A stretch of DNA of 63,361 nucleotides, filler included, from Octopus bimaculoides (Eukaryota), in NCBI RefSeq assembly GCF_001194135.2. It is 5 parts of 4 records of this genome, joined end to end, with 100 filler letters (N's around TTAATTAATTAA, not from the genome) between each part and the next. Parts side by side here need not be neighbours in the genome. Positions count along the whole stretch, not along the records: positions 1 to 18,414 come from NC_068985.1; 4 more parts are not named here. The stretch is one strand, 5' to 3'. The notes under the pieces are model-generated. The model saw only the letters and a list, made by a program, of their open reading frames with translations, was not told the DNA's origin and searched no databases. Below, piece by piece: positions 1 through 12,088 of this stretch (within the stretch, counting starts at the first letter, position 1; each line of letters starts with the position of its first letter). A program made the position numbers and the translations under genes.

Positions 1-1460
1 TGGTCCTCATGACACTGAACATAGGCAAACTTCTTTTCTGCTTCCCTCTTGGCTATCTGATACAGTTCCCTGCTGCCCTCACACTTCCAGGCCTGTTTCT
101 TTGCTCNNNNNNNNNNTGACCCTGTCTACAGTATTGTTTCACTGCCACGTTACCCTAGGTCTGGAAGGGACATTGCACCAGCCACAGATTTGGTCTGTGG
201 CACTCAGTAAGCTGCCTCACAGGAATTCCCAGTTGACCTTTATGCCACAAGTAAGTAGTTCCTCCTCCCTCTCACCAAATTTCCCAATTAGGGTGTCTCT
301 AAATCTCTGATCACTGAAAGGTCCTTGAGCTCCCAAATCCTTCTTTTTCAGATTGGTATGCTTCTTGGCTTCCTTATGGCCTGGAGTCTAAAAGTCACTA
401 ACGATTAGTCTATGCTCGGTGGTACATTCTTCACCATGGAGGGTTTGTATTTAAGAGCAACCATGCATCCGACTGTCTAGTGAGAANNNNNNNNNNNNNN
501 NNNNNNNNNNNNNNNNNNNNNNNNNNNNNNNNNNNNNNNNNNNNNNNNNNNNNNNNNNNNNNNNNNNNNNNNNNNNNNNNNNNNNNNNNNNNNNNNNNNN
601 NNNNNNNNNNNNNNNNNNNNNNNNNNNNNNNNNNNNNNNNNNNNNNNNNNNNNNNNNNNNNNNNNNNNNNNNNNNNNNNNNNNNNNNNNNNNNNNNNNNN
701 NNNNNNNNNNNNNNNNNNNNNNNNNNNNNNNNNNNNNNNNNNNNNNNNNNNNNNNNNNNNNNNNNNNNNNNNNNNNNNNNNNNNNNNNNNNNNNNNNNNN
801 NNNNNNNNNNNNNNNNNNNNNNNNNNNNNNNNNNNNNNNNNNNNNNNNNNNNNNNNNNNNNNNNNNNNNNNNNNNNNNNNNNNNNNNNNNNNNNNNNNNN
901 NNNNNNNNNNNNNNNNNNNNNNNNNNNNNNNNNNNNNNNNNNNNNNNNNNNNNNNNNNNNNNNNNNNNNNNNNNNNNNNNNNNNNNNNNNNNNNNNNNNN
1001 NNNNNNNNNNNNNNNNNNNNNNNNNNNNNNNNNNNNNNNNNNNNNNNNNNNNNNNNNNNNNNNNNNNNNNNNNNNNNNNNNNNNNNNNNNNNNNNNNNNN
1101 NNNNNNNNNNNNNNNNNNNNNNNNNNNNNNNNNNNNNNNNNNNNNNNNNNNNNNNNNNNNNNNNNNNNNNNNNNNNNNNNNNNNNNNNNNNNNNNNNNNN
1201 NNNNNNNNNNNNNNNNNNNNNNNNNNNNNNNNNNNNNNNNNNNNNNNNNNNNNNNNNNNNNNNNNNNNNNNNNNNNNNNNNNNNNNNNNNNNNNNNNNNT
1301 GTCTTGCCTGTGAAGAATCTGGCAGAAGCTCCTCTCTACCTTACCGCTTGAATGCAACATACATCAACACGCCTCCATTCAAGCATTTCTACAATCTCGT
1401 TAAACCTACATTTCAATGTGCCTATATTTACAGTGCCAACTCCAAAAACTGGGAAAGGGA
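1..1460 (-). mobile_element. RTE-clade LINE 5' part (APE endonuclease and linker), decayed, split by an N gap and running off the window start
   Basis: Minus strand 1300-1450 translates as GTVNIGTLKCRFNEIVEMLEWRRVDVCCIQAVR (APE N-terminus). 330-485 gives LTRQSDAWLLLNT..EECTTEHRLIVSDFR (APE C-terminus), and 1-105 gives RELYQIAKREAEKKFAYVQCHED. Stops and frameshifts present. Confidence 0.85.
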
Positions 1461-1874
1461 TGTGGGAGGGAACATGGGAAGGAGAGATGTTATTNNNNNN
1501 NNNNNNNNNNNNNNNNNNNGATTGTTTGATACCAGACATGTTATAACAGTTGTTCTCACTTTTCACCTATCATCATTCAAACATGTTAAAATTGTTGCCT
1601 CTACTGGAGGTGAGAGTAAAGTAAGCATTGTAATATAAGCATTACTGCAGCTGCAAATATAGATATAAATATGCCAATGTTGAATTAAGTCAGTAAGCAA
1701 TGGGCTGCGATTTGGTTGGATTAGTCCATTANNNNNNNNNNNNNNNNNNNNNNNNNNNNNNNNNNNNNNNNNNNNNNNNNNNNNNNNNNNNNNNNNNNNN
1801 NNNNNNNNNNNNNNNNNNNNNNNNNNNNNNNNNNNNNNNNNNNNNNNNNNNNNNNNNNNNNNNNNNNNNNGTAT

Positions 1875-2043
1875 GTCTTCTGGTGCAGAAGTGAGGCAGT
1901 GGTCTGTGGGAGCTTTCGGTATAAGAGAAGAGTTTAACACCATTTCAACACATACTCTCAATTCTATCAAGAAAACATCTAAGCAGAGGAACACACTTAA
2001 CAGGACACCAAAGCTTCAGAACATTCCATAAAGCATTTCTATT
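1875..2043 (+). mobile_element. Possible C-terminal (RLE region) fragment of an R4/Dong-like non-LTR element
   Basis: Translates as ..WSVGAFGIREEF..LNRTPKLQNI, resembling the VVIGALG..LQKxxLLGT C-terminus of R4/Dong ORFs. Short and diverged. Confidence 0.35.
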
Positions 2044-2959
2044 NNNNNNNNNNNNNNNNNNNNNNNNNNNNNNNNNNNNNNNNNNNNNNNNNNNNNNNNN
2101 NNNNNNNNNNNNNNNNNNNNNNNNNNNNNNNNNNNNNNNNNNNNNNNNNNNNNNNNNNNNNNNNNNNNNNNNNNNNNNNNNNNNNNNNNNNNNNNNNNNN
2201 NNNNNNNNNNNNNNNNNNNNNNNNNNNNNNNNNNNNNNNNNNNNNNNNNNNNNNNNNNNNNNNNNNNNNNNNNNNNNNNNNNNNNNNNNNNNNNNNNNNN
2301 NNNNNNNNNNNNNNNNNNNNNNNNNNNNNNNNNNNNNNNNNNNNNNNNNNNNNNNNNNNNNNNNNNNNNNNNNNNNNNNNNNNNNNNNNNNNNNNNNNNN
2401 NNNNNNNNNNNNNNNNNNNNNNNNNNNNNNNNNNNNNNNNNNNNNNNNNNNNNNNNNNNNNNNNNNNNNNNNNNNNNNNNNNNNNNNNNNNNNNNNNNNN
2501 NNNNNNNNNNNNNNNNNNNNNNNNNNNNNNNNNNNNNNNNNNNNNNNNNNNNNNNNNNNNNNNNNNNNNNNNNNNNNNNNNNNNNNNNNNNNNNNNNNNN
2601 NNNNNNNNNNNNNNNNNNNNNNNNNNNNNNNNNNNNNNNNNNNNNNNNNNNNNNNNNNNNNNNNNNNNNNNNNNNNNNNNNNNNNNNNNNNNNNNNTATA
2701 TATATATATATATAGTTCACAGATTAGATCCAGATATTCTCCATATAGAAAACACTTAACAGTGCTCAAAAGATTCAGACTTAGACTCCGATGTCTTTAC
2801 AGGGGATCATTTCACAAGGTAAAGAAAGGCTATAAGAGGGAATGTGGTTGAGCAGATATAGAAGCAATTATGGAGATAAAAAATTGGACACATCAAATAT
2901 ATTAAATACATCAAATAAGAAATAAGTATACATGCAAAACGAGAGAAAGTGTGTGTGTG

Positions 2960-3790
2960 TGTGAGTGTAAGTAGTTTCCTGTGAGTTGAGGACTTTTTGT
3001 GATTCANNNNNNNNNNTGTGTGAGTGTAAGTAGTTTCCTGTGAGTTGAGGACTTTTTGTGATTCACTTTGGATCTCAACAACAGTGTTAAAACAGCAACC
3101 TTTGAGCTACATTTTCATCTNNNNNNNNNNACCTTTGAGCTACATTTTCATCTTGGGGAAGAGATAGGAATCCGGAGATGATAAATCTGGCAAATAGGGC
3201 AGCTGCAGAAGAGATACCATATTGCTTTATGAGAAACTCATGAGTGAGGAGAGCTCAGTGACAGTGTGCATTGTTGGCATGAAGAATCCAGTTCTTCATG
3301 CTCCACAGATATGGTCACTTCCACTGAATGTCCTCCCTCAAANNNNNNNNNNNNNNNNNNNNNNNNNNNNNNNNNNNNNNNNNNNNNNNNNNNNNNNNNN
3401 NNNNNNNNNNNNNNNNNNNNNNNNNNNNNNNNNNNNNNNNNNNNNNNNNNNNNNNNNNNNNNNNNNNNNNNNNNNNNNNNNNNNNNNNNNNNGAAGTTCT
3501 TCTACTTTTGAAGTGCCCATGCCACAAGAAACATTGCATCATCACCATGAGCTTGTAGAAGCATGCTTAATGTCTCTGCAACAGACTGACCAAGTTTAAC
3601 ACAAAATTTCCCATTGGCTCTTTGTTCTTGTCCATGACAAAATCGCAGACTACAGCATACAAGTGATCACAAAACCACAAATTTCACAACTTGTGAAGTA
3701 ATCACAGCTATGTCACACAGCACTCTGCCTTGTGAAAGCCACTTCTAGCTCTCACTGTGTACACAAACTGTGTGCTGCCATATGTTGGCA
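2960..3790 (-). mobile_element. Decayed mariner (Tc1/mariner) transposase remnant
   Basis: Minus strand gives EQRANGKFCVKLGQSVAETLSMLLQAHGDDAM (mariner N-terminal HTH) and LREDIQWK*PYLWSMKNWILHANNAHCH*ALL, then a frameshifted YSPDL-like region (catalytic domain). Many CpG-type stops. Confidence 0.85.
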
Positions 3791-4019
3791 GGCTATAGAT
3801 TTATGGCTGATTCAGCAAAATACTAATGTACAAATTATAAAATACAAAGGCAGCTATACACAATATAAAACCGAAAGCAAAAATTCGATTGTCACTAATT
3901 GTGACTGAGGGCGCCAGATAGCCCCTATGTTGTAAGAAATAAGAGTTAAAAACCTTTAACTGCATGTTGGAAGAGAATGGAGGCCCCATTTTGCAACAAG
4001 AGGAATCTAAGACCAGCTT

Positions 4020-4990
4020 CACTTCAGAATTACGGTATATTGATGACCTTGCTCTCATAACAGAATCTGTAGCAAAGTTGGAAAAGAATTCCAGGTGTGG
4101 AAGAACAACCTGGAACTGAGTAGCCTTAAAGTTAATTTAGGAAAGACCAAGATTCTAGAAAATAAGAATATAAATAAGACTCTACCCATTTCAGGTAAAT
4201 GGCTATACTCAATATGGAGGAAAGGTATAGGCAGGAATTCCATACAGTAGACCCAGTGAAAGCAATGGATAAACAAGAGATGCAGTGGAATCACAGGAAG
4301 GTTAATGGAGAGAGAAGTATTTGTACATAGAATATGCATAGGAGCCATGAAGTCTACAGATACAAGGGAAATTGATTCACTGACATGTCCAAAGGCTCCC
4401 TAGAGGTAGTAGATAATTTCTGTTATCTAAGTGACTAAGTAGCAGTGGAGGAAGATGTTCTGAAAGTGTAGTTGATGGAATAAGAAGAGGATNNNNNNNN
4501 NNNNNNNNNNNNNNNNNNNNNNNNNNNNNNNNNNNNNNNNNNNNNNNNNNNNNNNNNNNNNNNNNNNNNNNNNNNNNNNNNNNNNNNNNNNNNNNNNNNN
4601 NNNNNNNNNNNNNNNNNNNNNNNNNNNNNNNNNNNNNNNNNNNNNNNNNNNNNNNNNNNNNNNNNNNNNNNNNNNNNNNNNNNNNNNNNNNNTGGAAAGT
4701 TAGGTGTAAGAGGAATTAGATATAGTGTGCAAGAGAGAAGACTGCACTGATTTGGTCATGAGATGCATATGGACAAGGAGGGTTGCATAAAGAAATACTG
4801 ATCACTTAAAGTGGATGAAAATTGTGGAAGAAGGAAACCGAGAAAGACTTGGAATGATGTGTTGAAGGCTGATCTAAGATGCTCAGTCTTACAAAGATGA
4901 CAAAGGACCTAGATGATTGATGGTTTTTGTACTTAAGAAGGCCATTACCNNNNNNNNNNCAAAGGACCTAGATGATTGATGGTTTTTGTA
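4020..4990 (+). mobile_element. RTE-clade LINE 3' half (RT YxDD motif, degenerate Cys/His region, C-terminus), decayed
   Basis: Translates as ELRYIDDLALITESVAKLEK.., KVNLGKTKIL, GKGIGRNSIQ..WINKRCSGITG and QERRLH*FGH..GRRKPRKTWNDVLKADL. Confidence 0.85.
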
Positions 4991-5899
4991 CTTAAGAAGG
5001 CCATTACCACAGTCAAATTGATATCCCGAAACCACATTTGTAAAGCTTGAACATGTGGAGCNNNNNNNNNNNNNNNNNNNNNNNNNNNNNNNNNNNNNNN
5101 NNNNNNNNNNNNNNNNNNNNNNNNNNNNNNNNNNNNNNNNNNNNNNNNNNNNNNNNNNNNNNNNNNNNNNNNNNNNNNNNNNNNNNNNNNNNNNNNNNNN
5201 NNNNNNNNNNNNNNNNNNNNNNNNNNNNNNNNNNNNCCCTCTTAATGCCTTCACATATCTACCATAGTCTTCATCCCACCCCATCCTGAGCCACACCTAT
5301 ATCTCCCATGTTCACTTAATACAATCACCTCTACCCCATCTCTAACCCACTCTCCTCACAATCATATGAAACTTGCCATTCTATCACCCACACCTATTCA
5401 CTGTACCACATACTGCATTAATATCAATTGCGCTGTTGCCTTTATCGAATTCATAAAGCAAAATATATCAAATATGCTTGCTCCTTTGTCACTTCCATTA
5501 AAGCTTTGCAAAAATAACTGTTAAAGTCAAACTGCATTCTTTAAAACTGACACTAAGAATAAGGACAAGGGAAAATTACTACTTGCTTTTTCATGCAATT
5601 GAAAAAACTGCATTAATTATGGGATGACCCAATAGAATCATTACCATCGAACAAGACATTTTGTTTCTTCCTTTTAAAACCAAGTACATTGGCTCCTACT
5701 GAATACACTTAATGTTTAAAGTTCTTCATGTTCTATCAGAGTTGAGACTATGAAATTGTTTGTTTAAGGTTTCATGTACATCTACACTTTCAATTTTGTA
5801 ACATCAATGCACTTTGGTANNNNNNNNNNNNNNNNNNNNNNNNNNNNNNNNNNNNNNNNNNNNNNNNNNNNNNNNNNNNNNNNNNNNNNNNNNNNNNNN

Positions 5900-6330
5900 N
5901 CTCCACATCACATGTATGTTACATACCTCACTAAGGTCATATCTGCAGGTGATGATAAAGTTTATCATGTGACCATTTGTAGATCTTCATGTATTCATGT
6001 AACTTTGTGCTTGAGATTTTGATGAAAGAATGTATTGCAGATGATTAGGTTTACTTCTGAACAAAGTTCAAGTGGCTTTAGACCATTAGTCTTCATTTTA
6101 CTGATACCATGGTAGCCAAGTATTNNNNNNNNNNNNNNNNNNNNNNNNNNNNNNNNNNNNNNNNNNNNNNNNNNNNNNNNNNNNNNNNNNNNNNNNNNNN
6201 NNNNNNNNNAACAGTTTTGTATGAACTGGTCTGGATGTAGTAGCAGTATATTTGTAGAAAATAGATTTTTGTAGAAAGTTATGATAGTTTCTTCATTAGC
6301 TTGAAGAATTAGAGAATAAACAAACAAGAC
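5900..6330 (-). mobile_element. RTE (BovB-like) APE endonuclease fragment
   Basis: Minus strand gives MKTNGLKPLELCSEVNLIICNTFFHQNLKHKVT*..GHMINFIIT, the NTFF/KVTW/HxIDF pattern of RTE endonucleases. Confidence 0.7.
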
Positions 6331-7449
6331 TGNNNNNNNNNNNNNNCCACATGAAAGAGGAAAGTGAAGCTCAATTATGCTCTAAGTAATACTAGAAGGA
6401 CACTCCAAATGTTTTACCAAAATTGTTTTGACTGCAAAACCTACACCACCATTTCACAAATCACCTTTTGGTTTGCTAAACCAGAAGAGTGAGTAACCTG
6501 ATGAAACTTCAGTTAGCTGATCCTGTGTTTCAGACAAAGTTGTAGTATCTATGTACAGTCTTTGAAGTTCTTTAGTCTATAAGTGTTATTCTTTTTCTCA
6601 GGACAGTAGATGAATTTAGGTCCAGTAGTTATGTAATGATTAAGCAGCAAAAATTGTGTTTAACTTTTGGAAATATTTTATTACATCTTTCCTCTTTCCC
6701 ATTCCTACTTGAATGAGTCATTGTTAACTGCAGGAAGATGACCAATGTCAATATGTCAGGCAATGTTTAGTGTACCTTTTCTAACACCTTCTCAGGTAAG
6801 CAGTGCACTTTCTCAAAGAAAGAGCTGCTCAACCACAGGGATCTCCATCAGAGTTGGTTCCTGTCAAGGGAAGACATAACAATGATGTCAGGATAAGACT
6901 CCTGCCACGTATGTGCAGATTTGTAACTGTGCACTTCAAACTGGTTGGGTATGCACATGTTGCCACTCTTCCATCATCATATGACTTTCAAAAGATGGAA
7001 TGACAAGATCACCCTAAAGACACATCTACACATCTTTGGATTATAGTGATAAAGGCTTGTACAGCACAAGTACCACACTCTGTTTTTGTGATTAGTACCT
7101 AGTGACAGACCAGAACAAGATGACCAGTGAAATACAGATTTTACATCAGAGTGTCCCCCTCCTAGATGGATGCTGTGACAACAGCTAGAAGTTCCTCACT
7201 CTCTGTGGTTTTTATTTGAANNNNNNNNNNNNNNNNNNNNNNNNNNNNNNNNNNNNNNNNNNNNNNNNNNNNNTTTTATCTCACTGGGTGTCACAAACCC
7301 ACTCCACTCACCAAAAGGGCTTGATGGGGTTACCAGTTTAGATGTTGATGCTTTAACCATGCAACAAGTTGTATGGTGTTACATGTTCTAAGTAGCACAG
7401 AAGAGTGACCTGACATAAACATTCATACATACATAAAGATATCACTGCT

Positions 7450-7890
7450 GTTAACAAAATGCCCAGGCTACATGTTGGAATATGCAGAAAAGAATAAAAC
7501 TAATAGCACCCACACATTTTTTGTTGATGATCTAAAGTTATAGTCTGATAGCATAAACATCACAAGACCATTACAATTTGTCATAACATTCNNNNNNNNN
7601 NNNNNNNNNNNNNNNNNNNNNNNNNNNNNNNNNNNNNNNNNNNNNNNNNNNNNNNNNNNNNNNAACTGAGGAAAGATTGCCAACCAGACAGAGAACACAA
7701 ACATCAATGGCTTGTCTATCTCCCCTCCCTCTAATGATGAAAACTGTATCTTGAAATTGATGAAAATGTTGCATACATTGGTGCTGAGAGTAAAGCCAGA
7801 GTAACAAAAGAATAAGTCACCAGACTCCAGAAAATATGAAACTCAGTGCTGTTTGCATTTCATAAAACTATATCTCATAATGCTTTTCAA
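7450..7890 (+). mobile_element. R4/Dong-like non-LTR RT fragment
   Basis: Translates as THTFFVDDLKL*SDS, GKIANQTENTNINGLSI and YLEIDENVAY..KARVTKE..RLQKI*NS, matching the xxDDLKLY and YLG..E motifs of R4/Dong RT. Confidence 0.65.
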
Positions 7891-9569
7891 TCTCTAAAAG
7901 TTTCTGAGGAGGGATTTCTCACTGTCACTAACTTGTTTATTTAAATGATTGGAGATCTTTATTCTCTATCTCATAAAAACTCTTTTGTTTCAAGAAATGA
8001 TGTTTTTGTATGTGGTTACTCACTTATCTGGGACAAATTTAATGCATATTGCTTATGTTATTGTCATGAATTATTTAATTTTCATCTCAATATCTTCAAT
8101 AGAGAGATTTTAAAGCCAATTTAGCTGGATAATCCATTTTACAGTTGACTTTCAGTCAACCGTGTAGAAGTTCAGACTGCATAGAGTTTGGGTGTTGTCT
8201 GTGTGGAATACATTATTAATCGGTTTTGGACCAAACATCGTCAGTTCCATGAAGCTGAAGTCTGAGAAAACTGTCAGTGATACCATTACATTGNNNNNNN
8301 NNNNNNNNNNNNNNNNNNNNNNNNNNNNNNNNNNNNNNNNNNNNNNNNNNNNNNNNNNNNNNNNNNNNNNNNNNNNNNNNNNNNNNNNNNNNNNNNNNNN
8401 NNNNNNNNNNNNNNNNNNNNNNNNNNNNNNNNNNNNNNNNNNNNNNNNNNNNNNNNNNNNNNNNNNNNNNNNNNNNNNNNNNNNNNNNNNNNNNNNNNNN
8501 NNNNNNNNNNNNNNNNNNNNNNNNNNNNNNNNNNNNNNNNNNNNNNNNNNNNNNNNNNNNNNNNNNNNNNNNNNNNNNNNNNNNNNNNNNNNNNNNNNNN
8601 NNNNNNNNNNNNNNNNNNNNNNNNNNNNNNNNNNNNNNNNNNNNNNNNNNNNNNNNNNNNNNNNNNNNNNNNNNNNNNNNNNNNNNNNNNNNNNNNNNNN
8701 NNNNNNNNNNNNNNNNNNNNNNNNNNNNNNNNNNNNNNNNNNNNNNNNNNNNNNNNNNNNNNNNNNNNNNNNNNNNNNNNNNNNNNNNNNNNNNNNNNNN
8801 NNNNNNNNNNNNNNNNNNNNNNNNNNNNNNNNNNNNNNNNNNNNNNNNNNNNNNNNNNNNNNNNNNNNNNNNNNNNNNNNNNNNNNNNNNNNNNNNNNNN
8901 NNNNNNNNNNNNNNNNNNNNNNNNNNNNNNNNNNNNNNNNNNNNNNNNNNNNNNNNNNNNNNNNNNNNNNNNNNNNNNNNNNNNNNNNNNNNNNNNNNNN
9001 NNNNNNNNNNNNNNNNNNNNNNNNNNNNNNNNNNNNNNNNNNNNNNNNNNNNNNNNNNNNNNNNNNNNNNNNNNNNNNNNNNNNNNNNNNNNNNNNNNNN
9101 NNNNNNNNNNNNNNNNNNNNNNNNNNNNNNNNNNNNNNNNNNNNNNNNNNNNNNNNNNNNNNNNNNNNNNNNNNNNNNNNNNNNNNNNNNNNNNNNNNNN
9201 NNNNNNNNNNNNNNNNNNNNNNNNNNNNNNNNNNNNNNNNNNNNNNNNNNNNNNNTCCTCCGGGCATGGTTTTGTCCTATCTTGGAGGTGCATCTTGTCA
9301 TATGTACCATTCTATCTGTGATTTGGTTGTACAAAGCAACAGTCTGTCCCCATTTCCTCATACCAGCAGATACCTTTAACATGGAATTTACAAATGGTAT
9401 GTGCTTCATGTAACATCTTTCTGTTTCTATTTCCTTTCCTTNNNNNNNNNNGTTTCTTTTCTGATTCTTAATTCACAGTTCCTTTACCTTTTCCATTGTT
9501 CTGGGAGTTGGTGTTTGGACTATTTTTCTTGGAGGTTTTTGTATTCCTTCCTTTTTCAATTTCTCCACA

Positions 9570-9860
9570 AGAAAAATTGGGTAAGCTTCAGAGTACAAGT
9601 GAGAAGATTGAGCTGGTATCATCATCTGATGCAGATGGGTGAAGACAACCGCATAAAGAAATACCAATCTCTAATTGTGAAGGGAACTTNNNNNNNNNNG
9701 AAGACAACCGCATAAAGAAATACCAATCTCTAATTGTGAAGGGAACTTGTGGCAGGGGTAGACAGAAAGACATGGGATGAAGTGGTGAAGAAGGATCTTC
9801 AGACTGAGGAGATGACAAGGGACCAGGACTTGTAGAGATTTGTTGTACATGGGAATACAC
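9570..9860 (+). mobile_element. RTE LINE C-terminal fragment
   Basis: Translates as VQVRRLSWYHHLMQMGEDNRIKKYQSLIVKGTCGRGRQ..TWDEVVKKDL, the same family C-terminus as 11721-12041. Confidence 0.75.
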
Positions 9861-9899
9861 GTTCAGTAAAGTAAAACTGTGGCTACCCATACATACAGG

Positions 9900-10530
9900 C
9901 ATGTCCTTTATGGCCATCCCCACCTCATTCCTTTTCCAGCTGAGAGATCTTTGTCTAGCAGNNNNNNNNNNNNNNNNNNNNNNNNNNNNNNNNNNNNNNN
10001 NNNNNNNNNNNNNNNNNNNNNNNNNNNNNNNNNNNNNNNNNNNNNNNNNNNNNNNNNNNNNAAAATGCGGATGTCAAGTTGATTCAGGTTGCCTCCATGT
10101 TGGTCCTTGGGATGTTGGTAGAGTATGGAGGACTGTTTTTTGTCTAAAATGTTCATTTAGTCTTTCCGCAATGCTCCTAGATGTCTCCCCTATGTATTAA
10201 TTCTTTTGTTGCCCACAGGGGGCTAAACATAGAGGAGACGAACAAGGACAGATGTCTCCTCTATGTATGTCATGTTCATGTCTTTACAACCACCTTCTAT
10301 GCATCTTATGCTGTAGACTACATTTCCAGTTCTACAGTTAATGCTAGGGTTAATCCTACATACCATGCAATTATCATTGGTGCATATGGTATTCTCAAAG
10401 GGGTATGTCCTACATAGTTATGATCTGATGGAGTTCCCTAGCTTTTCAAAAATCTTCATGTTGAGTTTGGTCTCCTTCAGAGCTTTCCTAAATCTATGGG
10501 CTAGTTCTCCATGGGCTGTGGTCTCTACAA
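9900..10530 (-). mobile_element. Penelope-like element, GIY-YIG endonuclease fragment interrupted by a SINE tail
   Basis: Minus strand gives VMFVETTAHGELAHRFRKAL..CTNDNCMVCRINPSINCRTGNVVYSIRCIEGGCKDMNMTYI(E/G)ETSRSIAERLNEH: Cys motif, VVY and YIGET..R..EH. Confidence 0.8.
10198..10249 (-). mobile_element. 5'-truncated SINE 3' tail with 19-bp target-site duplication
   Basis: Reverse complement matches the tail of the SINE at 17953-18185. Flanked by AGATGTCTCCCCTATGTAT (10179-10197) and AGATGTCTCCTCTATGTAT (10250-10268). Confidence 0.7.
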
Positions 10531-10668
10531 ACATCACTCCTTGATATTTGTTTTCTTTTTTATATTATATGTTGTGTTCACCCTGTGTACTTTGTCACAA
10601 GTGTTAAAAAATATGGCACTAAAAGAGAATGACTCTCCCGAGAATACAACATTTCTATTCTTTTTTTC

Positions 10669-10708
<40 letters not shown>

Positions 10709-10774
10709 GAAAAATAAGGAAATGGAGATACATCAATTAATAAGTATATTTATTAACTGCAAAATAAACATGAA

Positions 10775-10857
10775 CTCTAACAACTGTTTTGATTTGTACT
10801 TTAAAGATTATAATTGTAATAACTAAATCATTTTATAAAGCAGAATCTCATCAGAGG
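10775..10857 (-). ncRNA. Degenerate type-I hammerhead ribozyme motif upstream of the PLE fragment
   Basis: Minus strand reads CCT-CTGATGA-GATT..47 nt..AATC-AAAA-CAGTTG-TT-AG. G12 and the CAGCTG stem-III palindrome are altered by transitions, and stem I has only 2 bp. Confidence 0.3.
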
Positions 10858-10967
10858 CAGAAAAAAAGATATACCAGTATGTTATCAGTTGTTAAGTATG
10901 CAGAGCATTACAGCAAACTGAGTATTGCTACATGGATAAGTTTGGTATAAACCTATTAAAGGGGACA

Positions 10968-12088
10968 TCATCATCATCGTTGTTTAACGTCTGCTTTCCA
11001 TGCTAGCATGGGTTAGACGATTTGACTGAGGACTGGCGAATCGGATGGCTGCACCAGGCTCCAATCTGATCTGGCAGAGTTTCTACAGCTGGATGCCCTT
11101 CCTAACGCCAACCACACTGAGAGTGTAGTGTGTGCTTTTACGTGCCACTGGCACGAGGGCCAGTCACGAGGTACTGGCAACGGCCATGCTCAAAATGGTA
11201 TTTTTTACGTGCCTCCTGCACAGGAGCCAGTCCAGGGGCACTGGCAACGACCTTGCTCGAATGTTTTTTCACATGTCACTGGCACAAATGCCAGTAAGGT
11301 GATGCTGGTAATGATCACGCTCAAATGGTGCTATTTATGTGCCACTGGCACGGAAGCCAGACAGCTGCTCTGGCAATAATCATGCTTGGATGGTGCTGTT
11401 AGTGTTCTACTGGCACAGGTGCTAGTCATCGAATTTGGTTCAATTACGATTTCGATTTCACTTGCTCCAACAGGTCTTTGCAAGCAGAGTTTAGTGTCCA
11501 ATGAAGGAGAGGTTGGCATGGTTTTCANNNNNNNNNNTTGCAAGCAGAGTTTAGTGTCCAATGAAGGAGAGGTTGGCATGGTTTTCAGTCATCGAATTTG
11601 GTTCAATTTTGATTTAACTTGCCTCAACAGGTCTTTGCAAGCAGAGTTTAGTGTCCCATGAAGTAAATGTACAAATAAGTGAGCTGGCTACACCCCTGGC
11701 AGAGGCCATGGATTATGGTCTCACTTGGCTTGCCGGGTCTTCTCACGCTCTGCATATTTCCAAAGGTCTCGGTCACTAGTCATTGCCTCGGTGAGGCCTA
11801 ATGTTCGAAGGTCATGCTTCACCACCTCATCCCAGGTCTTCCTGGGTGTACCTCTTCCACAGGTTCCCTCAACCATTAAGGTGTGGCACTTTTTCACCAC
11901 ACAGCTATCCTCACCCATTCTCACCACATGACCATACCAGCGCAATCGTCTCTCTTGCACACCACAACTGATGCTTCTGAGGTCCAACATTTCTCTGAAG
12001 GTACTTACACTCTGTCGAGTATGCACACTGACATTACACATCCATCAGAGCATACTGGCTTCATTCCTTGCAAGCTTACACATGTCCT
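10968..12088 (-). mobile_element. RTE LINE 3' end: ORF C-terminus, ~750-bp 3' UTR and (GAT)n tail
   Basis: ORF 11721-12041 reads QERRLRWYGHVVRMGEDSCV..GTCGRGTPRKTWDEVVKHDLRTLGL. The UTR carries repeated TGGCACGTAAAA-type modules and ends in (GAT)n at about 10970-10980. Confidence 0.9.

Noticed and set aside
8205-8250. CTGACGATG..CCAAAACCG on the minus strand
   Set aside because: Needs several assumed reversions and has no stem I.
2958-11587. Apparent tandem duplications on both sides of 10-N gaps (about 2958-3065, 3100-3151, 4900-5010, 9640-9745, 11478-11587; also 61810-61950)
   Set aside because: Identical sequence flanking a minimal gap is the signature of unmerged contig overlaps.
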